Part shown: positions 58,547-62,109 of the stretch, in pieces
Numbering within the stretch: position 1 is the stretch's first letter
Layout: every line of letters starts with the position of its first letter
Assembly: GCA_003576855.1 (NCBI GenBank)
Contig: QEVI01000001.1
Span: forward strand, 1-62,109
Origin: Planctomycetota bacterium
Lineage (GTDB): Bacteria > Planctomycetota > Planctomycetia > Pirellulales > Lacipirellulaceae
Reading direction: 5' to 3'
DNA length: 62,109 bases
Program-made: the position numbers and the translations under genes
Notes under the pieces: generated by a model
Database searches by the model: none
The model's input: the letters and a program-made list of their open reading frames with translations, nothing else
Told to the model about the DNA's origin: nothing

Positions 58547-60052
58547 ATGAACGACCGTCTCGCTTCAACGTCCTCGCCGTTGGCGTGCGCCGGGGGCGGC
58601 CCGTCGCTGGCGGTTACGCTGGTCCTCACCGCCGCGGCCGGCGGCATGGGCTGGGGAATCCGCGGGCAGTACGGGCACGAATCGGGGGCGATGATCGCCG
58701 GCCTGCTTGTGGCGCTTGTCGTCGGCGGGCTGTACTGCCGAGGGTTCTCCTCGCTGGCGGTCGCCCGGATGGCGGCGCTGGCGGCTGTGGGGGTTTCGTT
58801 TGGCGGGGCGATGACCTACGGCCAGACAGTCGGCCTGACGCATGACGCGGACGTCGTCGGCAATTGGGCCGCGTTGCGCTGGGGCATGCTGGGGCTGGCG
58901 ATCAAAGGGGGCGTGTGGATCGGGTTTGCGGGGTTGCTGATGGGCGTCGGGCTGGGGGGCAAACGCTATGACGCGCTGGAAATGCTGCTGGTGTTTTTCG
59001 TGCTGATGGGATTGCACCTTTTGGGCGTTTATCTGCTGAACGAGCCGTTCCATCCCGAAGCGCGGCAATTGCCGCGGGTGTTTTTCAGCGGCGATTGGCG
59101 ATGGTTTCCGCAACGCGTCGATCTGGAGCCGCGGCGAGAATGCTGGGGCGGCTACGTGTTCTCCCTGGCCGGGCTGTGGGCGTACGTCGCCTTCGTGAAG
59201 CGGGACGCCGTGGCTCGGAATCTCGCGCTGTGTGCGGTGCTGGCGGGCGCGGTCGGCTTTCCCTTGGGACAGAGCGTGCAGGCCTACCACGCGTGGAACC
59301 GCGACGCGTTTCAGACCGGCTGGCTGGGCGCCATCGAGCCGTACATGAACTGGTGGAACACGATGGAAACCATCTTCGGCATGACGGCGGGGGCGGGGCT
59401 GGGGCTGGGCGTGTGGCTTTGCCGCGCGCGGATTGCGCTAAGCCGCGAGCGGCTGGGGGCGGGTGCAGAAGGGGTTGATTTGAGGCCGGCGGCGGAGGTG
59501 GTGCTGGCGTTGACGCACGTGGCGGCGATCACGGTTTGGAATTTCGCGTACTTTCCGCCGCTCGATCGGCTGGCCGATGGAACGCTGGCGATGGGAATGT
59601 TGCCGCTGGCGATGATCCTGGGCGGCCGGTACGGGCCGTACTTGATGGCGCTGCCGATCGTGGCGCTGCCAATCTGCGGCAAGACGCTGCGTGAGTTGGC
59701 TTACTACAACGCTGAGATATCGCGCGGCGCGGGTTGGCTGGTGTTCGTGCTGCTGCCGCTGGCGGCGACGACAGGGCTTGCCCTGTATTGGGCCAAGAAC
59801 GATCGCGGCGGTCAGCGGGGCCAGCAATTCGCCCGGCAGGGCCTGCTGCTGGCGAGTTGGCTCTACTTCTGGCTCAACTTCGGCTTCTTCCGCTTCCCGT
59901 GGCCGTGGATGGCGCCTACGCCGCGCACGCCGTCGGCGATCGTGTTCTCGGCGTGCCTGCTGTTGCTCACGGCGGCGTGCTTCGCGGGACGACTGGGCGG
60001 GCCGGGCGCTAAGCCGCCAGCGGCTGGCGGCTTTGCGCCGTCAGGCGGCTGA
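58547..60052 (+). CDS. Uncharacterised polytopic membrane protein
   Basis: More than 10 hydrophobic Gly-rich helices; GWGIRGQYGHE, GGAMTYGQT, WWNTMET motifs; start uncertain. Confidence 0.78.
   Translation: MNDRLASTSSPLACAGGGPSLAVTLVLTAAAGGMGWGIRGQYGHESGAMIAGLLVALVVGGLYCRGFSSLAVARMAALAAVGVSFGGAMTYGQTVGLTHDADVVGNWAALRWGMLGLAIKGGVWIGFAGLLMGVGLGGKRYDALEMLLVFFVLMGLHLLGVYLLNEPFHPEARQLPRVFFSGDWRWFPQRVDLEPRRECWGGYVFSLAGLWAYVAFVKRDAVARNLALCAVLAGAVGFPLGQSVQAYHAWNRDAFQTGWLGAIEPYMNWWNTMETIFGMTAGAGLGLGVWLCRARIALSRERLGAGAEGVDLRPAAEVVLALTHVAAITVWNFAYFPPLDRLADGTLAMGMLPLAMILGGRYGPYLMALPIVALPICGKTLRELAYYNAEISRGAGWLVFVLLPLAATTGLALYWAKNDRGGQRGQQFARQGLLLASWLYFWLNFGFFRFPWPWMAPTPRTPSAIVFSACLLLLTAACFAGRLGGPGAKPPAAGGFAPSGG
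60006..60024 (+). repeat. REP-like GCGCTAAGCCGC(C)AGCGGC element (copy 2, inside the 3' end of a CDS)
   Basis: 18/19 identical to 61085-61103. Confidence 0.6.
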
Positions 60053-61036
60053 CAGGCAGGTGATGCGGAGCTTGCCGTCGTGATGGGCGGTAGCGATGCG
60101 GAGGCCGTCGGGATGCACGTCCATGTCGCGGGCCAGCACGGGCAGGCCGAAGCGGTGGAACTCCTTGTCCTTATCCGATTTCCAGAACAACAGGAAACCG
60201 CCGCTGCTGCCGCCGCTGGCGGCCATCAGCGTGTTGTCGCCCAGCAGCACGGCTCGCCACAGCACGCCGCCGGTAATCCCTTCGGCGATGTGCGACTGGA
60301 GCAGCTTTTGGGTTTCCCATTCCCACAGCAGGGCCAGCGGCTCGTGGACGGCTCCCAGCGGGTTGGTCGCCTTATGGAGTCCCGCGGCGGCCACGAGCGT
60401 TCCATCGGGGCTGACCGCCAGGGATCGCACCCCGCCGAAATCGACTTGCTGCCCCCCTTCGTAGGTGTGCAGCGGCTTGGCGTCGAACGTGCGCACCGCC
60501 TGGCCCGTGGCGACGTCCCACTGTTTGACGACGCCGACCAGGTCGCCCGACAGGAGCCACTGGCCGCTGGGATGGAACTGGACGGAGTAGACGTGCCGCT
60601 CGTGGCCCGCCAGCTCGCGCACCAGGCTGCCGTCCTGGATGTTCCAGAGCCGCACCGCGTGATCGTTGCCGCCGGTGGCCAGCAGGGCGCCGTCGGGACT
60701 GGTGCACGCCGAGCGAACCCAACCTTGGTGCGCGTCGAGGCTGCGAATCGGTTCGGGCTTCTCGGCGTCGGTAGGCCACCAGACGAGCCGGCCGTCGTAG
60801 CCGGCGGTGATCGTCTGGGCGCCGTCCTTGGTGAACGCGATCGCCTTGACCCAGCTTTCATGGCCGGCCACCGACGCCTTGGCGCCGTCGGCGAGCGACC
60901 AGCGAACCACCGTCCGGTCTTCGGACCCGGCGAACACGAAGCGGCCTTGGGGCTCGAACCGGCAGGAGACGAGCGGCCGGTCGTGGGCATGCTCGGGCAG
61001 GGAGCGGGTTTGCTTGACATCGAGCGTGGTAGTCAT
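60041..61036 (-). CDS. WD40 repeat protein
   Basis: GH..WV, SEDRTVVRW, GNDHAVRLWN, VKQWD repeats; downstream of DUF1501. Confidence 0.9.
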   Translation of the reverse strand: MTTTLDVKQTRSLPEHAHDRPLVSCRFEPQGRFVFAGSEDRTVVRWSLADGAKASVAGHESWVKAIAFTKDGAQTITAGYDGRLVWWPTDAEKPEPIRSLDAHQGWVRSACTSPDGALLATGGNDHAVRLWNIQDGSLVRELAGHERHVYSVQFHPSGQWLLSGDLVGVVKQWDVATGQAVRTFDAKPLHTYEGGQQVDFGGVRSLAVSPDGTLVAAAGLHKATNPLGAVHEPLALLWEWETQKLLQSHIAEGITGGVLWRAVLLGDNTLMAASGGSSGGFLLFWKSDKDKEFHRFGLPVLARDMDVHPDGLRIATAHHDGKLRITCLSAA

Positions 61037-61084
61037 CGCGTGGCGTGGGATGTGGGTATGCGGGGATTGCGCGCCCGTTTTGGG

Positions 61085-61103
61085 GCGCTAAGCCGCAAGC
61101 GGC
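61085..61103 (+). repeat. REP-like GCGCTAAGCCGCAAGCGGC element (copy 3)
   Basis: Intergenic between the DUF1501 and WD40 genes; matches 16405-16421 (reverse) and 60006-60024. Confidence 0.65.
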
Positions 61104-61140
61104 GGGGTTATGCCGTGGCAACCGCTGCGGCGGGGTTTCG

Positions 61141-62109
61141 TCATGCCAGGAGGGCGCGGATGGGCTCGGCGGCGGGGTCGGCGATGGGCATTTCGCGGCC
61201 GTCGATGCTGAACGACCCGGTCGAATCGACGCCGACCGATTGCAGGTACGTGTGAAAAAGCTGCCCGTGATCGACCTGGCCGTCGGTGACTTCCGTCCCG
61301 TCGGCGTTGGTGGCCCCGTACGCCGCGCCGCGCGGCGTACGGCATCCGGCCATGACGATCGACCAGGCCTTCGACCAGTGGTCGCGGCCGTAGTACAGGT
61401 TGATGTGCGGGGTGCGGCCGAATTCCGAGAGCACGACGATCAGCGTCGAGTCGAGCATGCCGCGGTCGGCAACGTCTTGCACGAAGTTCGAGAACCCAAG
61501 ATCGAACTCCGCAAGCTGCTCGAGGTGGAAATCGAAGTTCTCGTTGTGCGTATCGTAATTCGAGTGGGACACCTGGACGAACGTGACGCCCTGTTCGAGC
61601 AGCCGCCGGGCGAGTAGGCAGTGGCGGCTGAAGTCGTATTTGCCGTAGCGCTCTTGGTCGGCGGCCGGTTCCTTGGTCACGTCGAATACGTCGCGCCGCT
61701 GCATGAGCAACTGCGCCTGCTCGTAGCTGGCGGCGTACGCGTCGGTCATGGCCGATCGGCGGCGGCTCTGGAAGCGCTCGTTGGCGCGGCGGCGGAAGTC
61801 GTGGCGGCACTGGTCGGCCTGTTCGCCGATCGAGTCGGGGCGGGCGGTGTACTGCGGCGGGTTGCCGTTGCCCAGCACGACGCTGGCGTACTTCGGCTCC
61901 AAATACGCCGAGTCACTGCCCGATCCCCCGCCGCCGCCGGGGGTGATGATGATGTGGCCGGGCAGCGCATCGTCCGACGGCGCCAGCGACTTGGCGGCCA
62001 CGGCGCCGAACCGCGGATAGTCGGCGGCCGCGGTTTGCCGCCGTCCGGTGAGCATCAGGTAGATTCCCTTGGCGTGATCGTCCTCGGCCGTGTTCACGCT
62101 GAGGTCGGC
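61141..62109 (-). CDS. DUF1501 domain protein, 5'-truncated by the window edge
   Basis: CLLARRLLEQGVTFVQV, YDTH, SEFGRTP, GRDHW. Confidence 0.9.
   Translation of the reverse strand, partial: ADLSVNTAEDDHAKGIYLMLTGRRQTAAADYPRFGAVAAKSLAPSDDALPGHIIITPGGGGGSGSDSAYLEPKYASVVLGNGNPPQYTARPDSIGEQADQCRHDFRRRANERFQSRRRSAMTDAYAASYEQAQLLMQRRDVFDVTKEPAADQERYGKYDFSRHCLLARRLLEQGVTFVQVSHSNYDTHNENFDFHLEQLAEFDLGFSNFVQDVADRGMLDSTLIVVLSEFGRTPHINLYYGRDHWSKAWSIVMAGCRTPRGAAYGATNADGTEVTDGQVDHGQLFHTYLQSVGVDSTGSFSIDGREMPIADPAAEPIRALLA

Noticed and set aside
1933-61255. Many long overlapping ORFs (e.g. 3218-4993, 7412-9139, 18132-20003, 28709-30439, 30449-31909, 54454-55944)
   Set aside because: Arg/Ala/Pro-rich shadow frames typical of high-GC DNA, overlapping genes with clear family motifs

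Overview
High-GC bacterial chromosomal window, very likely from a Planctomycete (Pirellulales, Lacipirellulaceae-like). The basis is three DUF1559 prepilin-like genes, two DUF1501 genes, a PSD1/planctomycete cytochrome c gene, a PVC-type heme protein, an ECF-kinase pair, and six PEP-CTERM proteins, four of them with 'DFDxDGDVDGxDLxxW' dockerin-like modules. About 48 credible CDSs are present. I recognised no rRNA, tRNA, CRISPR array, integrase or transposase. The left half is mostly metabolic: sugar isomerases and oxidoreductases, a secreted beta-propeller phosphoesterase, stand-alone eutBC, a methyltransferase/FAD-oxidoreductase/type III PKS cluster, hrpB, ltaE and an atypical surface subtilase. 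The right half (about 29.4-56 kb) is a cell-surface locus. It holds a DUF1559-VTC-DUF4956-MFP-heme protein operon and two convergent cassettes of the form 'DUF1559 + small lipoprotein + tandem PEP-CTERM paralog pair'. The cassettes flank a GH127-like hydrolase, an ECF/FecR pair and an LRR protein, and are followed by a TPR-sulfotransferase and a GH50-like hydrolase. Non-coding highlights are a candidate ~150-nt rod-like RNA behind a TATAAT box, several REP-like palindrome families, a MITE-like inverted-repeat element and an AAATCNN heptamer array. One PEP-CTERM gene carries a 1-nt frameshift. All family calls come from motif recognition by eye, not from database searches, and many start codons were re-chosen by hand.
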